A DNA stretch of 64,000 nt from Clostridium sp. GTDB taxonomy: Bacteria > Bacillota > Clostridia > Clostridiales > Clostridiaceae. This document shows positions 29,733 through 41,165 of the stretch, in pieces. The translations under genes were made by a program, and so were the position numbers. The notes beneath the pieces were generated by a model. That model did no database searches, was not told the origin of the DNA, and saw only the letters and a program-made list of their open reading frames with translations. Each line of letters starts with the position of its first letter. Positions within the stretch are counted from its first letter, which is position 1. The stretch is from NCBI GenBank assembly GCA_029851835.1, contig JARKVD010000007.1:823-64822 (forward strand), written 5' to 3'.

Positions 29733-31070
29733 ATGGAAAATACATTAAAATTAATTAACGAAAAAAAATTCATGGAAGCAAAAGAAAGACTTGAAAAGAA
29801 AAATGTTGTTGATATAGCATCTTTTCTTGAGGGACTCGACAAGGAATCCGTTGTAAAAATATTTAGAGTTCTTCCTAAAAATATGGCTGCAGATGTTTTT
29901 GCATATTTGGATAATGAAGAAAGAATGCATATTATCAACTCTATAACAGATAGTGAAATATCTAACATCATAAATGAACTTTATATTGACGATACTGTGG
30001 ACTTCCTTGAAGAACTGCCTGCAAACGTAGTAAAAAAGATATTAAAAAACACTGATGAAAATACTAGAAAAATCATTAATAACTTTTTAAATTACCCTGA
30101 TAGTTCAGCTGGAAGCATAATGACTATTGAATATGCTGATTTGAAAAAAAATATGACAGTATCTGATGCCATCACCCACATAAAAAAAACTGGTATTGAT
30201 AAAGAAACCATTAATACCTGTTATGTAATTGATAATAATCGTGTACTTTTAGGTATTGTTTCACTTAGAAAACTAATATTAAGCTCAGATGATATGCTCA
30301 TCGAGGACTTAATGAAAAAGGAATTTATCTCTGTAAATACTTTAGACGACCAAGAAAACATTGCTCATTTGTTTAAAAAATATGATTTACTTTCTATCCC
30401 AGTAACAGATAATGAAAAAAGATTAGTAGGAATAATAACCATAGATGATATTGTTGATATCATTGACCAAGAAAATACTGAAGATTTTCAAAAGATGGCA
30501 GCAATGGAACCAAACGAAGAGGAATACTTGAAAACAAGTGTGTGGGAGCTTGCGAAGCATAGAATTCTTTGGCTTCTAGTACTAATGATTTCAGCTACCT
30601 TCACTGGTAATATAATTAGACATTTTGAAGATGTTCTTTCTTCTGTAGTTATCCTTGCATCCTTTATCCCTATGCTTATGGATACTGGCGGAAATGCTGG
30701 TTCTCAATCTTCAACATTAGTAATTAGAGGACTAGCTTTAGGTGAAATAAAATTATCTGATGGCTTCAAAATTATGTTTAAAGAATTCAAAGTAGCTCTT
30801 TTAACTGGAAGTATTCTTGCTGTTGTAAACTTTATTAGAATATACTTCTTTGAAAAAGTAAGCTTCCTAATTTCTATAACTGTTTGTATTAGCTTATTCT
30901 TTACAGTTATAGTTGCAAAATTAGTAGGTGGAATTCTCCCTATAATTGCAAAGAAGCTCAAATTAGACCCAGCAATTATGGCAAGTCCATTAATAACAAC
31001 TATTGTAGACGCAATAGCATTAACGCTTTTCTTCAGTCTATCAGTTGTCCTTTTAAATTTACCAGTATAA
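29733..31070 (+). CDS. mgtE: Magnesium transporter MgtE
   Basis: SAGSIMT CBS pair, MDTGGNAGSQS, DPAIMASPLITTIVD. Confidence 0.95.
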   Translation: MENTLKLINEKKFMEAKERLEKKNVVDIASFLEGLDKESVVKIFRVLPKNMAADVFAYLDNEERMHIINSITDSEISNIINELYIDDTVDFLEELPANVVKKILKNTDENTRKIINNFLNYPDSSAGSIMTIEYADLKKNMTVSDAITHIKKTGIDKETINTCYVIDNNRVLLGIVSLRKLILSSDDMLIEDLMKKEFISVNTLDDQENIAHLFKKYDLLSIPVTDNEKRLVGIITIDDIVDIIDQENTEDFQKMAAMEPNEEEYLKTSVWELAKHRILWLLVLMISATFTGNIIRHFEDVLSSVVILASFIPMLMDTGGNAGSQSSTLVIRGLALGEIKLSDGFKIMFKEFKVALLTGSILAVVNFIRIYFFEKVSFLISITVCISLFFTVIVAKLVGGILPIIAKKLKLDPAIMASPLITTIVDAIALTLFFSLSVVLLNLPV

Positions 31071-31173
31071 TAACTTTTTAATATGAAAACATTCCATATT
31101 TACTTTTAAAATTGGATATTTGCATAAAAATAAGGCTATAGAGTTTGTCCTCTATAGCCTTCTGCTTGTAAAA

Positions 31174-31329
31174 TTATCTGTTATTTCTTTGAGCTTTTCT
31201 AGCTCTTCTGCAATCAGCACATCTTACTGGATCATTCTCGAATCCTTTTTCAGCATAGAAAGCTTGCTCACCTTCAGTGAATATGAATTCTTTACCACAA
31301 TCTTTACATGTTAATGTCTTGTCTGCCAT
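31174..31329 (-). CDS. 51-aa zinc-ribbon protein, copy A
   Basis: MADKTLTCKDCGKEFIFTEGEQAFYAEKGFENDPVRCADCRRARKAQRNNR; GGAGG RBS. Confidence 0.88.
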   Translation of the reverse strand: MADKTLTCKDCGKEFIFTEGEQAFYAEKGFENDPVRCADCRRARKAQRNNR

Positions 31330-31607
31330 TTTTTATTCCTCCAATTTTTAAAGATTTACATTCAATTAACTAATTCTCTAAAAAAGGAGAAAGTAATAGA
31401 CATGTGAAATCTTTGTTTTATTTTATGACTTAATTTTATCACTTGAATATTACAATTTCAAGTATTTTTAGAATATTCACCATATTTTTATGTAAAATAT
31501 GGTTTTTTAAACCTTTTCATTTCATTTTTCTTATATTCAGCATTGATAATTCCAATATAAAAAAAGAGTTATGAACTTAATCATAACTCTTTGAAACTCA
31601 AATATAA

Positions 31608-31763
31608 TTATCTGTTGTTTCTTTGTGCTTTTCTAGCTTTTCTGCAATCAGCACATCTTACTGGATCGTTCTCGAATCCTTTTTCAGCGTAGAAAGCTTG
31701 CTCGCCTTCAGTGAATATGAATTCTACTCCGCAATCTTTGCATGTTAAAGTTTTATCTGCCAT
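31608..31763 (-). CDS. 51-aa zinc-ribbon protein, copy B
   Basis: MADKTLTCKDCGVEFIFTEGEQAFYAEKGFENDPVRCADCRKARKAQRNNR; GGAGG RBS. Confidence 0.88.
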   Translation of the reverse strand: MADKTLTCKDCGVEFIFTEGEQAFYAEKGFENDPVRCADCRKARKAQRNNR

Positions 31764-32053
31764 TTCAATTCCTCCATTTTAAAGATTCACATACAACTAA
31801 CTAATCTCTTAAATGGAGAAAGTCATTTTATTGTTAATCTTTATAAATTTTATTTTGTATTACTACTTACTTATTATAGCATGATACTATAAATAACACA
31901 ACATATATTTATACTTTATTTTCCCAAAAATACAAAACTTAAGTCCAATTTTACTTATTGTATTCTACTTAATTCTTGCTAAAATTTCATACTAAATACC
32001 ATAAAAAATGTTAAATTAAAGTTCAAGCTCCATATGAAAATTATATATTCTTG

Positions 32054-33496
32054 CTACTTCCTTGCTTTTTCAATCCTAGCTTTCTTGCCTTTCACAATTA
32101 CTTCTTTGTACTTCTTTAGTATTACCTTCCCTTTATTATTCAATATATCAACATAAGTTGCATTGTCTTGCACATCAATAATTCCTATATCTTCTCCTGT
32201 CAATTCTGAAAGGTTGCTTAAAGATCCAACTATATCTATATTTCTAATCTTCTTCTTTTTCCCTACACTTAAATATATTTTAGTTATCTCATCATGTATC
32301 GAGTTCTTTTTTATCCTTCCAGCCACATTAAGTAGCTTTTGACTTTCCTTAAATATTACTTTTCCATTCTTTACTGCCTCATCACTAGGATATTCACCTT
32401 TTTCAATTTTATATCCTATGTATTCTTCTATTCCCTCTAAAAATTTTCTTTCATATGGTGCAACAAAACTTACTGCAACCCCTTCTCTTCCAGCTCTCCC
32501 CGTTCTTCCTATTCTATGAACATAGCTTTCTTTTTCCATAGGAACTTCATAATTTATTACATGAGTTATATTATCAACATGGATTCCCCTTGCTGCAATA
32601 TCAGTAGCCACAAGAACTTTAAATTCCTTATTCTTAAATCTTTCCATGGTTTTTAATCTATCCTTTTGTTCCATATCACCATGGAGCTGTTCTACTGAAA
32701 TCCCCTCAGATTTAAGCCTACCATACACATCCTTAACCTTATCCCTTGTATTGCAAAATACTATTGCTGCATCTGGCTGAAGAGCATAAAGATTTTTCCA
32801 TAGAGCCTTATCCTTATCTTTAACCTCCATTGGAAGATAGGTTTCTTTTATTTTTTCTCTATTAAATACTTGTGACTTTATTTCCATTACCTTTGGATTA
32901 TTCATATACTTATTGCATAATTGTTCAATGGTATCTGGAATTGTAGCTGAAAATAACCCTGTAGTTCTTACCTTTGGCAGTCTATCTAAAATATCACCTA
33001 TTTGGTCTATAAATCCCATATTAAGCATCTTATCTGCCTCATCTATAATCACAAATTTCAAATCATCAAAATTAAGATTCCCTCTATTCATATGGTCACT
33101 AATTCTACCTGGTGTCCCGATTACTATATGTACCCTCTGCTTCAATTCTCTAACCTGCTCATTAAATGACTGTTTTCCAAAAACAGCGGCACATCTAACC
33201 TTTTTTAATCTTCCTATATTAGAAATATCCTCTTTAACCTGAAGTGCAAGTTCTCTTGTTGGAACAAGAATTAAAGCCATAATCTTAGAATTTTCAACCT
33301 CAACCTCATTACATAAAGGTATTCCAAAACTTGCAGTCTTACCGCTTCCCGTCTGTGATTTAACAATAATATCCTCATGTTTTAAAAGAGCAGGTATTGT
33401 ATCCTGCTGAACCTCTGATGGATGCTCAAAGCCTAGATTACTTAATGCTTTTAGAATACTATCACTTAAATTATATTTATCAAATCCACTTTTCAT
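32054..33496 (-). CDS. dbpA: DEAD-box RNA helicase with DbpA-type RNA-binding C-terminus
   Basis: TGSGKT, PTRELA, DEAD, SAT, HRIGRTGR, GKKKKIR; ATG 33496 after AAGGAG. Confidence 0.85.
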   Translation of the reverse strand: MKSGFDKYNLSDSILKALSNLGFEHPSEVQQDTIPALLKHEDIIVKSQTGSGKTASFGIPLCNEVEVENSKIMALILVPTRELALQVKEDISNIGRLKKVRCAAVFGKQSFNEQVRELKQRVHIVIGTPGRISDHMNRGNLNFDDLKFVIIDEADKMLNMGFIDQIGDILDRLPKVRTTGLFSATIPDTIEQLCNKYMNNPKVMEIKSQVFNREKIKETYLPMEVKDKDKALWKNLYALQPDAAIVFCNTRDKVKDVYGRLKSEGISVEQLHGDMEQKDRLKTMERFKNKEFKVLVATDIAARGIHVDNITHVINYEVPMEKESYVHRIGRTGRAGREGVAVSFVAPYERKFLEGIEEYIGYKIEKGEYPSDEAVKNGKVIFKESQKLLNVAGRIKKNSIHDEITKIYLSVGKKKKIRNIDIVGSLSNLSELTGEDIGIIDVQDNATYVDILNNKGKVILKKYKEVIVKGKKARIEKARK

Positions 33497-33774
33497 AAAC
33501 TTCTCCTTTCGTTTAATGCAACCCATTCTATTTAAACTTTTTATATCTACTCATCAGTTACATATTACATCATTAAATTTTACCAAAATCTAATTAATCA
33601 TACTCTACAAAAATAAAAGCTATAAGATTTGCTCTTATAGCTTTTATACTAATAAAACATTACTTGTAGAATATTTACTTTGTAAGTATAGCATGTATAC
33701 CTCTCATCCGCAAATAAATTTTAAAGGAGACTTCAATACCATCAACAAAATCATATTGAGACTCCTTTTTATAA

Positions 33775-36384
33775 TTATTTAACCAAGCTAGTTACATCTA
33801 CTTTTATTTTATCTTCACCATCAGCTTTAACTGTTATAGTACAACCATTAGTAACCTCTCCTGAAATAATTTTTTTAGCAATCATTGTTTCTAGTACATT
33901 ACCTATATACCTCTTAAGTGGTCTTGCTCCATAGACAGGGTCATATCCTTCTTTTGCAAGTACTTCTTTTGCTGAATCCTCTACAGTAAGAGTAATGTTC
34001 CTTTCAGTAAGTCTTCTTCTAACATCATTCACAAATATCTCGATTATTTGTTTAATTCCTTCCATGGATAATGGTTTGAACATAATTATATCATCTACGC
34101 GGTTTAAGAACTCTGGCTTAAATCTATGCTTCATTTCATTCATAACTAGCTTTCTCGTTCTCTCTGTGATTTCACCATTATCTTCCAATAAAAAGCTACT
34201 TCCAATATTCGATGTCATAATAATTATAGTATTTTTAAAATCAACAGTTTTTCCTTTATTATCTGTAAGTCTTCCATCATCAAGGATTTGCAAGAAGATA
34301 TTGAATACATCCTCATGAGCTTTTTCTATCTCATCAAATAAAATTACAGAATAAGGTTTTCTTCTAACAGCTTCAGTTAATTGTCCCCCTTCTTCATATC
34401 CAACATATCCTGGAGGCGCTCCAATTAATCTAGAAACGGCATACTTCTCCATATACTCGGACATATCTATTCTAATAATATTTTCTTCACTGTCAAATAG
34501 ATTTTTTGCCAACGTTTTAGCAAGCTCTGTTTTACCTACTCCAGTTGGTCCCAAGAATATGAAAGAACCTATTGGTTTATTTTCATCCTTCATTCCTGCT
34601 CTTGCTCTAATTACTGCACTAGAAACTGCTGTTACAGCTTCCTCCTGTCCAATAACTCTCTTATGAAGATCATCTTCTAGTCTTAAGAGCTTTTCTCTTT
34701 CTCCCTCAACTAATCTAGATACTGGAATACCAGTCCACTTAGAAACAATTTGAGAAATCTCCTCTTCAGTTACTTCCTCCTTAAGAAGAGCTGTGTCATA
34801 TCCTTCTCTCATTCTTTCTTCTTTTTCTTTTATTTCAGCTTCTAGACGTGGAATAGTTCCATATTTAAGCTCAGCAGCACTATTAAAATCATATTCTCTT
34901 TCATATTTTTCAACCTTACCTCTAGCTTCATCTAACTGTTCTTTAAGACTTCTAATTTCAAGGATCTTAGCTTTTTCCTTCTCATACTTAGCAGTCATCT
35001 CATCATTTTTATCCTTTAATTCAGCAAGCTCCTTTTGAAGTTCTTCAAGCCTTTTTCTAGAACCTTCATCACTTTCTTTTAAAAGAGCTTCCCTTTCTGT
35101 TTCAAGAGTAAATAACTTTCTTCTAACCATATCAAGTTCTGTAGGTAACGAGTCTATTTCACTTCTTATCATAGCTCCAGCTTCATCAATTAAATCTATT
35201 GCTTTATCTGGAAGAAATCTATCTTGAATATATCTATGGGAAAGTTTTGCTGCTGCCACAATAGCAGAATCATGTATCCTAATTCCATGGTGAATTTCAA
35301 ATCTTTCTTTTAGACCCCTTAATATAGATATTGTATCTTGCACTGTAGGTTCATCGGCTATAACTGGCTGAAATCTTCTTTCAAGAGCTTTATCCTTTTC
35401 GATATACTGTCTATACTCATCAAAGGTAGTTGCCCCTATACAGTGTAACTCTCCTCTAGCAAGCATTGGTTTAATAAGATTTCCGGCATCCATTGCTCCA
35501 TCTGTTTTTCCAGCACCTACAATAGTATGAATTTCATCTATGAATAAAATTATCTTTCCATCAGCGCCCTTAACTTCATTAAGAACAGCTTTAAGTCTTT
35601 CCTCAAACTCACCTCTATATTTAGCACCAGCAATCAAAGCTCCCATATCTAAAGAGAATATTATTCTGTCCTTTAATCCCTCTGGTACGTCACCTCTTAC
35701 TATTCTTTCTGCCAATCCTTCTACGATAGCAGTTTTTCCTACTCCTGGTTCTCCTATAAGTACTGGATTATTTTTAGTTCTTCTTGATAATATTCTAATT
35801 ACTCTTCTAATTTCCTCATCTCTTCCAATAACAGGGTCAAGCTTATGATTTTTCGCTAATTCTACGAGATCTGTTCCATATTTTGAAAGAGCATCATAGG
35901 TTCCTTCCGGATCATTAGTATCAACTCTTTGATTTCCTCTCACCTGAGATAAAACTTCCATAAACCTATCCTTAGTGATGTTAAAGTCTTTTAAACTCTT
36001 TCCTACAACACCCTTAGAATCTATGTCTATTATTGCTAACATAACATGTTCAACACTAACATATGAATCATTAAACTGAGCCGATATATCTTCAGCCTTC
36101 AATAAAACTTCATTAATCTTCCTTGTAGCTGTAATACCTGATGAACGAGCTCCTTCTCCTAAAATTTTAGGCATTCTGTCTAACTCTAAGACTACTCTAC
36201 TTTTTAACCCTTCAACATTTACTCCCATTTTTTCAAAAACACTTGGAATTAAGCCATCCTTTTGATTTAAAAGTGCTGAAAACAAGTGAATGATATCAAG
36301 CTGTTGTTGATTGTATCTAACTGCTTCATCATAAGCATCATTTAAACTTTGTTGTACTCTCAATGTTAATTTTTCATTTTCCAT
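33775..36384 (-). CDS. clpB: Chaperone ClpB
   Basis: Two AAA+ modules ([16 protein letters not shown]), middle coiled coil, GYVGYEEGG. Confidence 0.96.
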   Translation of the reverse strand: MENEKLTLRVQQSLNDAYDEAVRYNQQQLDIIHLFSALLNQKDGLIPSVFEKMGVNVEGLKSRVVLELDRMPKILGEGARSSGITATRKINEVLLKAEDISAQFNDSYVSVEHVMLAIIDIDSKGVVGKSLKDFNITKDRFMEVLSQVRGNQRVDTNDPEGTYDALSKYGTDLVELAKNHKLDPVIGRDEEIRRVIRILSRRTKNNPVLIGEPGVGKTAIVEGLAERIVRGDVPEGLKDRIIFSLDMGALIAGAKYRGEFEERLKAVLNEVKGADGKIILFIDEIHTIVGAGKTDGAMDAGNLIKPMLARGELHCIGATTFDEYRQYIEKDKALERRFQPVIADEPTVQDTISILRGLKERFEIHHGIRIHDSAIVAAAKLSHRYIQDRFLPDKAIDLIDEAGAMIRSEIDSLPTELDMVRRKLFTLETEREALLKESDEGSRKRLEELQKELAELKDKNDEMTAKYEKEKAKILEIRSLKEQLDEARGKVEKYEREYDFNSAAELKYGTIPRLEAEIKEKEERMREGYDTALLKEEVTEEEISQIVSKWTGIPVSRLVEGEREKLLRLEDDLHKRVIGQEEAVTAVSSAVIRARAGMKDENKPIGSFIFLGPTGVGKTELAKTLAKNLFDSEENIIRIDMSEYMEKYAVSRLIGAPPGYVGYEEGGQLTEAVRRKPYSVILFDEIEKAHEDVFNIFLQILDDGRLTDNKGKTVDFKNTIIIMTSNIGSSFLLEDNGEITERTRKLVMNEMKHRFKPEFLNRVDDIIMFKPLSMEGIKQIIEIFVNDVRRRLTERNITLTVEDSAKEVLAKEGYDPVYGARPLKRYIGNVLETMIAKKIISGEVTNGCTITVKADGEDKIKVDVTSLVK

Positions 36385-36422
36385 AATTGCTTCTCCCTTC
36401 CAAAATATATTAATATTATTTT

Positions 36423-36860
36423 CTATATATTTTTAACAATTTTTCTTAATAGCTGCATAAGCAGATCTCTTTCTTCATTGGTATCTAATGCATCTAATAA
36501 ATAACCATAGAGCTTTCGTTCAAATGCAAGCTGTTCATTCCGAACACTATACCCTTCCTCCGTCAACTTTAAACCATATGATCTTCTATCTCTTGTGCTA
36601 ATAACCCTACTAATATAATTCATTCTCTCTAATCTATCTATAGCACTTGTTAATGTACTTTTAGGAATATCTAGTTCACTACATATTTCTTTTAATATGA
36701 CATCTTCACTGCTATAAACCATATTAATTATACCAACCTCCATAGACGTTAATTTATATATTCTAGGAAAATCTTGCTTAAACTTATCTTCATTTGATGG
36801 ACTTATAAACAGCTTGCATAAATCGCAAAATTCCTCTATTTGCTTATCTTTATCCTCCAT
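36423..36860 (-). CDS. MarR-family regulator
   Basis: [22 protein letters not shown]. Confidence 0.88.
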   Translation of the reverse strand: MEDKDKQIEEFCDLCKLFISPSNEDKFKQDFPRIYKLTSMEVGIINMVYSSEDVILKEICSELDIPKSTLTSAIDRLERMNYISRVISTRDRRSYGLKLTEEGYSVRNEQLAFERKLYGYLLDALDTNEERDLLMQLLRKIVKNI

Positions 36861-36919
36861 TTAACCTACTCCTTAAAATAAATGCTCTATATATTATTTA
36901 CTAAAATTAAAATTTAATT

Positions 36920-36979
36920 AGTACGATAATCGTACTTTATCTTTAACAAAATAGTACCACCATCGTACTATATTGTCAA
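36920..36979 (-). promoter_or_regulatory. SigA promoter of marR-clpB with two palindromic operators
   Basis: TTGACA(36979-74)-17 nt-TACTAT(36956-51); AGTACGATAATCGTACT at 36920-36 and AGTACCACCATCGTACT at 36953-69. Confidence 0.7.
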
Positions 36980-37032
36980 TATAATTTTATATATAAAAAG
37001 AACATTTCACAATGAAATGTTCTGCTATTTAA

Positions 37033-37881
37033 CTACTTATTTAATTCAAGAATTGAAAGACCTAATGCCTTTGGTCCAGTATGAACTCCCATAGCTGGTC
37101 CAATATTTTCTAAATATATTTTCTCAATACGTGGATTATCCTTAAAATAATCAAAGAAAGCTCTAGCTTCTTCTATTGCATCACCACTTAATACCCAAAC
37201 CCTACATAGTGCTTTTTCTAAATGCTCTTCCAATATCTTTTTAAGTTTACTAATAGATTGTACTCTTCCTCTACTTTGCGAATGTCTATATAACATTCCT
37301 TCATCATTAGAAGAAATAATTGGTTTTAAGTGTATCATTTCGCCTATAGTTCCTTTAATCTTACTAATCCTTCCACCTCTAACCATGAATTCTAAGGTAT
37401 TAACTGCAACATAGCCAAAAACTCTTTTTCTCACATTTTCAAGATCTTCTAATATTTCATTAACCTTCATGCCCTTGTCCACCATTTCTGCAGCTTCAAG
37501 CGCAATAGTTCCTTGAGGATATCCTAATGTTCTTGTGTCAAAGAAACTAAAATTAAGCCCCTCATAATCTTCAGTTAATAACTTCAAGCTATTTAATGCT
37601 CCAGATAACTTACTTGAAACAGTAATAATTATGACATCTGTATACCCTTCTGATTTCACTTTATCAAAAATATTTTTACAATACTCCATATTGGGTAATG
37701 AAGTTGTTGGTACTTCTTCAGCTAATGAAGCGTATAACTGTTCAGGACTTATTTCAACCTTGTCCAAATATTCTTTATTTCTGTAGATTACTCTAGTAGG
37801 TAATATTTCTATATTATGCTCTTTAGCAGTTTCCAAACTTAAATCGCATGCACTATCTGAAATAATTTTTATCTTTTGCAA
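37033..37881 (-). CDS. DegV/FakB fatty acid-binding protein
   Basis: SDSACD, PTTSLP, VSSKLSG, RGGRI, GVHTGP. Confidence 0.92.
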   Translation of the reverse strand: MQKIKIISDSACDLSLETAKEHNIEILPTRVIYRNKEYLDKVEISPEQLYASLAEEVPTTSLPNMEYCKNIFDKVKSEGYTDVIIITVSSKLSGALNSLKLLTEDYEGLNFSFFDTRTLGYPQGTIALEAAEMVDKGMKVNEILEDLENVRKRVFGYVAVNTLEFMVRGGRISKIKGTIGEMIHLKPIISSNDEGMLYRHSQSRGRVQSISKLKKILEEHLEKALCRVWVLSGDAIEEARAFFDYFKDNPRIEKIYLENIGPAMGVHTGPKALGLSILELNK

Positions 37882-37991
37882 AATTAATTCCTCCTCGACA
37901 CATCAATGGCTTAACTATATCATACCTCCATCTCTTTAACAATGAAAATCTGAAATGTTAGTTGAATTTTTAAAATTTATTTCATTCTATA

Positions 37992-38132
37992 AGCGAAAAT
38001 CAAAATCTTCGATTTTGTTCCTTAAACTTACTCCTTCGAATACACTGAAAAGGAGTTTCCTTAAGTGAAAGTCCAAATCTTTGATTTGGATTCTTGAACT
38101 TACTCCTTCGAATATACTGAGAAGGAGTTTCC
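37992..38132 (+). repeat. Two tandem copies of the two-hairpin element joined by a single TTA
   Basis: ...GGAGTTTCC|TTA|AGTGAAAGTCCAAATCTTTGATTTGG...GGAGTTTCC|TTA. Confidence 0.9.
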
Positions 38133-38147
38133 TTATAAAACTCCTTT

Positions 38148-38954
38148 TTAGAATTCATCTTGTTTCTTCATCCAGTTTTCAACAGCTTTACTTAATCCGT
38201 TGTTCATTTCTTTCATAAATTCAGAACCAAATTTTCTTCCATAGAGTAGTTGACCAAAGTTTTCTGCATTATATACATTAGTTAATGGAACATTCTTCTC
38301 ATTTAACTTATACATATTTCTAAGTTCCGTTTCTGTTAACTCTCGATATTCTTCATCAAAAACAATGTAATTTTTATCAAATCTTGATTGTTGAACTCTT
38401 GGATAATCTTCCGGATAATAACCTAAACATAGCATAGCCACTGGTGTTGCCCAATTAGGGAGATTAAGAAGTTTTCTATGAATTTCATAATTTTCTACAA
38501 TATCTCCTATATAGCATGAACCTAGTCCTAAAGCTTCTGCTGCTATAACAGCATTTTGCGCTGCAATAAATGCATCACCTGCTGCTAAAAATAATTGAGC
38601 TAAATCGGGAGTATTTAAATTTTTATTATTTTTTTCACAATATTCTTCCACATCACTAATTTTAAAGTATTTATTCATTCTATGAGAATCCGCTACAAAA
38701 ACTATCACAACCGGTGCTTTTGCAATAAATGGCTGATTATCACAAGTTTGTGAAAGTATTTTTTTCTTTTCTTCATTTCTTATAACAATCATTGAGTACA
38801 TCATAGTATTTCCGGCAGTTGGTGCCCTCATAGCACTTTTAAGTATTACATCTAAAACTTCTGGAGTTACTTCTTTATCTGCATATTTTCTTAAAGATAC
38901 CCTTCTATTGATTAAGTCTATTGTAGAATTCATACACACATCTCCCTTTTCCAA
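38148..38954 (-). CDS. Nitroreductase (NfsA/Frp-like); true start may be the second Met
   Basis: RVSLRKY, APTAGN, AAEALGLGSCYIG. Confidence 0.88.
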   Translation of the reverse strand: MEKGDVCMNSTIDLINRRVSLRKYADKEVTPEVLDVILKSAMRAPTAGNTMMYSMIVIRNEEKKKILSQTCDNQPFIAKAPVVIVFVADSHRMNKYFKISDVEEYCEKNNKNLNTPDLAQLFLAAGDAFIAAQNAVIAAEALGLGSCYIGDIVENYEIHRKLLNLPNWATPVAMLCLGYYPEDYPRVQQSRFDKNYIVFDEEYRELTETELRNMYKLNEKNVPLTNVYNAENFGQLLYGRKFGSEFMKEMNNGLSKAVENWMKKQDEF

Positions 38955-39068
38955 AAATAAAGCATTTTATAATAATTTTACATTTAAACCAGCTAATTGT
39001 CTACTTGAATATATTAAAAGAAACATCAATGAATTTAATTCATTGATGTTTCCTCAATACAAAAATTA

Positions 39069-41036
39069 TTAACGTGATTTTCTCATTTTATTATTCTTAA
39101 TTGCTGTTTTTCCTTTTTTACTATCAAACTTTTGTTTTGTTTTCCCTACAGCTTTTCCTTTATTTTTAGAAGCAACTTGATTCCCTTTTCTATTACCTAC
39201 ACCTTTAGCCCTACTTCCACTTTTATAGTTATTGTTTCTTTGGCTTCTTGGCTTAATCAAACATTTTGGGCCATTTCCAATAAGATCTTCACGCCCAGCC
39301 ATAACTAAAGCATCATATACAATATCATATTTTTTTGGATTTCTAAACTGAAGTAAAGCTCTCTGCATAGCTTTTTCCATCTTACTCTTAGGAACATATA
39401 CCTTTTCCATTGTTAATGGATCGACTCCAGTATAAAACATTGTTGTAGAAAGAGTTCCTGGCGTTGGATAAAAATCCTGCACCTGTTCTGGTTGATAATT
39501 AATATCTCTCAAATATTCAGCAAGTTCAATGGCAGAATCTAATGTGCTTCCTGGATGGCTTGACATTAAATATGGAATGATATACTGTTTTTTACCCACT
39601 TCCTTTGTCAAACGATTAAACTTATCTACAAATTTACCATAAGTTTTTCCTGCTGGTTTGCCCATATACTTCAAAACACCTTCACATATATGTTCTGGTG
39701 CAACCTTTAACTGTCCACTTACATGATGTTCAACTAACTCCTTAAAGAATGTATCATCCTTATCTGCCATAATATAGTCATATCTTAAACCTGAACGAAC
39801 AAAGGCTTTTTTCACCTTTGGCACTGCTCTAACCTTTCTAAGAAGTTCTAAATACTCAGTATGATCCGCATCAATGTTTTTGCATGGCCTAGGAAATAAA
39901 CACTGCTTGTGCTTACATGCCCCATGTTTAAGTTGAGTTTTACATGCTGGACGTCTAAAGTTTGCTGTTGGTCCACCCACATCATGAATATATCCTTTAA
40001 AATCTGGAAGCTCAGTTATCCCTTTAACCTCTTCTAATATGGATTCCTCGCTTCTACTCTGTACTATTCTTCCTTGATGGAATGTTATTGCACAAAAAGA
40101 ACAATTTCCAAAGCACCCTCTAGAGCTTACAACACTAAATTTAACCTCTTCTATAGCAGCTATACCACCTTGCCCCTCATAACAAGGATGATAATTTTTT
40201 ACATAAGGAAGCCCATATACATGGTCTAGCTCCTCTCTAGTAAGTGGCATCTCTGGCGGATTCTGTACCACATATCTGTTAGCATGCCTTTGTACTAATA
40301 CTTTTCCTCTAACCGGGTCCTGCTCCTCATATTGTATCTTAAATGCCCTTGCATACTCCATTTTATCTCTACACACATCCTTATAAGATGGTATTTCAAT
40401 AAAATCTGCTACATCATTAATATCATCAACAATATAGCAAGTTCCTGGAACATGTCTTATATATCTAACTTGAAGACCATCATTCATACAATTAGCAACT
40501 TCTACAATTTGCTTTTCACTCATACCATAGATAAGTAAATCCGCTCCACTATCAACAAGCATAGATTTCCTTACCTTATCACTCCAATAATCGTAATGAG
40601 CAAATCTTCGAAGACTTGCTTCAACGCCACCAATTATTATAGGAATACTCTTATATGCTTGTCTAATTTTATTACAGTATACTATTGTAGCTCTATCTGG
40701 TCTTAATCCCATCTTTCCGCCTGGAGAATAAAAATCTTTATCTCTAAGCTTTTTAGATACAGTATAGTGATTTACCATGGAGTCCATGTTACCGCCATTA
40801 ACTAAAAAACCTAATCTTGGTCTTCCAAGCTTCATAAAATCCTTTGTATCATTCCAATCTGGCTGAGCAATGATTCCAACCTTATATCCTGCATCTTCTA
40901 ATACTCTTGAAATTATGGCTGTACCAAAACTATGGTGATCTATATATGCATCTGCTGTAACTATGATGAAATCAACTTGATCCCATCCTCTTTCTATCAT
41001 ATCATTTTTACATATTGGTAAAAACTTGTTTATCAT
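39069..41036 (-). CDS. YgiQ-family radical SAM protein
   Basis: [32 protein letters not shown]. Confidence 0.92.
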   Translation of the reverse strand: MINKFLPICKNDMIERGWDQVDFIIVTADAYIDHHSFGTAIISRVLEDAGYKVGIIAQPDWNDTKDFMKLGRPRLGFLVNGGNMDSMVNHYTVSKKLRDKDFYSPGGKMGLRPDRATIVYCNKIRQAYKSIPIIIGGVEASLRRFAHYDYWSDKVRKSMLVDSGADLLIYGMSEKQIVEVANCMNDGLQVRYIRHVPGTCYIVDDINDVADFIEIPSYKDVCRDKMEYARAFKIQYEEQDPVRGKVLVQRHANRYVVQNPPEMPLTREELDHVYGLPYVKNYHPCYEGQGGIAAIEEVKFSVVSSRGCFGNCSFCAITFHQGRIVQSRSEESILEEVKGITELPDFKGYIHDVGGPTANFRRPACKTQLKHGACKHKQCLFPRPCKNIDADHTEYLELLRKVRAVPKVKKAFVRSGLRYDYIMADKDDTFFKELVEHHVSGQLKVAPEHICEGVLKYMGKPAGKTYGKFVDKFNRLTKEVGKKQYIIPYLMSSHPGSTLDSAIELAEYLRDINYQPEQVQDFYPTPGTLSTTMFYTGVDPLTMEKVYVPKSKMEKAMQRALLQFRNPKKYDIVYDALVMAGREDLIGNGPKCLIKPRSQRNNNYKSGSRAKGVGNRKGNQVASKNKGKAVGKTKQKFDSKKGKTAIKNNKMRKSR

Positions 41037-41165
41037 TCATCTCACCTACTCAATTATAGTCTCAACCATTATAATATAATCTAAACAAAATTTCATTGTA
41101 AAAAACTAGAATATAATACTTAATTAAGTATTATATTCTAGTTTTCATTTCAAATCTATATTATT

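Noticed and set aside
31120-31314. 64-aa plus-strand ORF
   Set aside because: Antisense shadow of the zinc-ribbon gene on the minus strand
39069-41036. YgiQ radical SAM as RiPP maturase for the PqqD protein or the Cys-rich peptide
   Set aside because: No SPASM or RRE domain seen, widespread stand-alone family, and more than 20 kb from either gene
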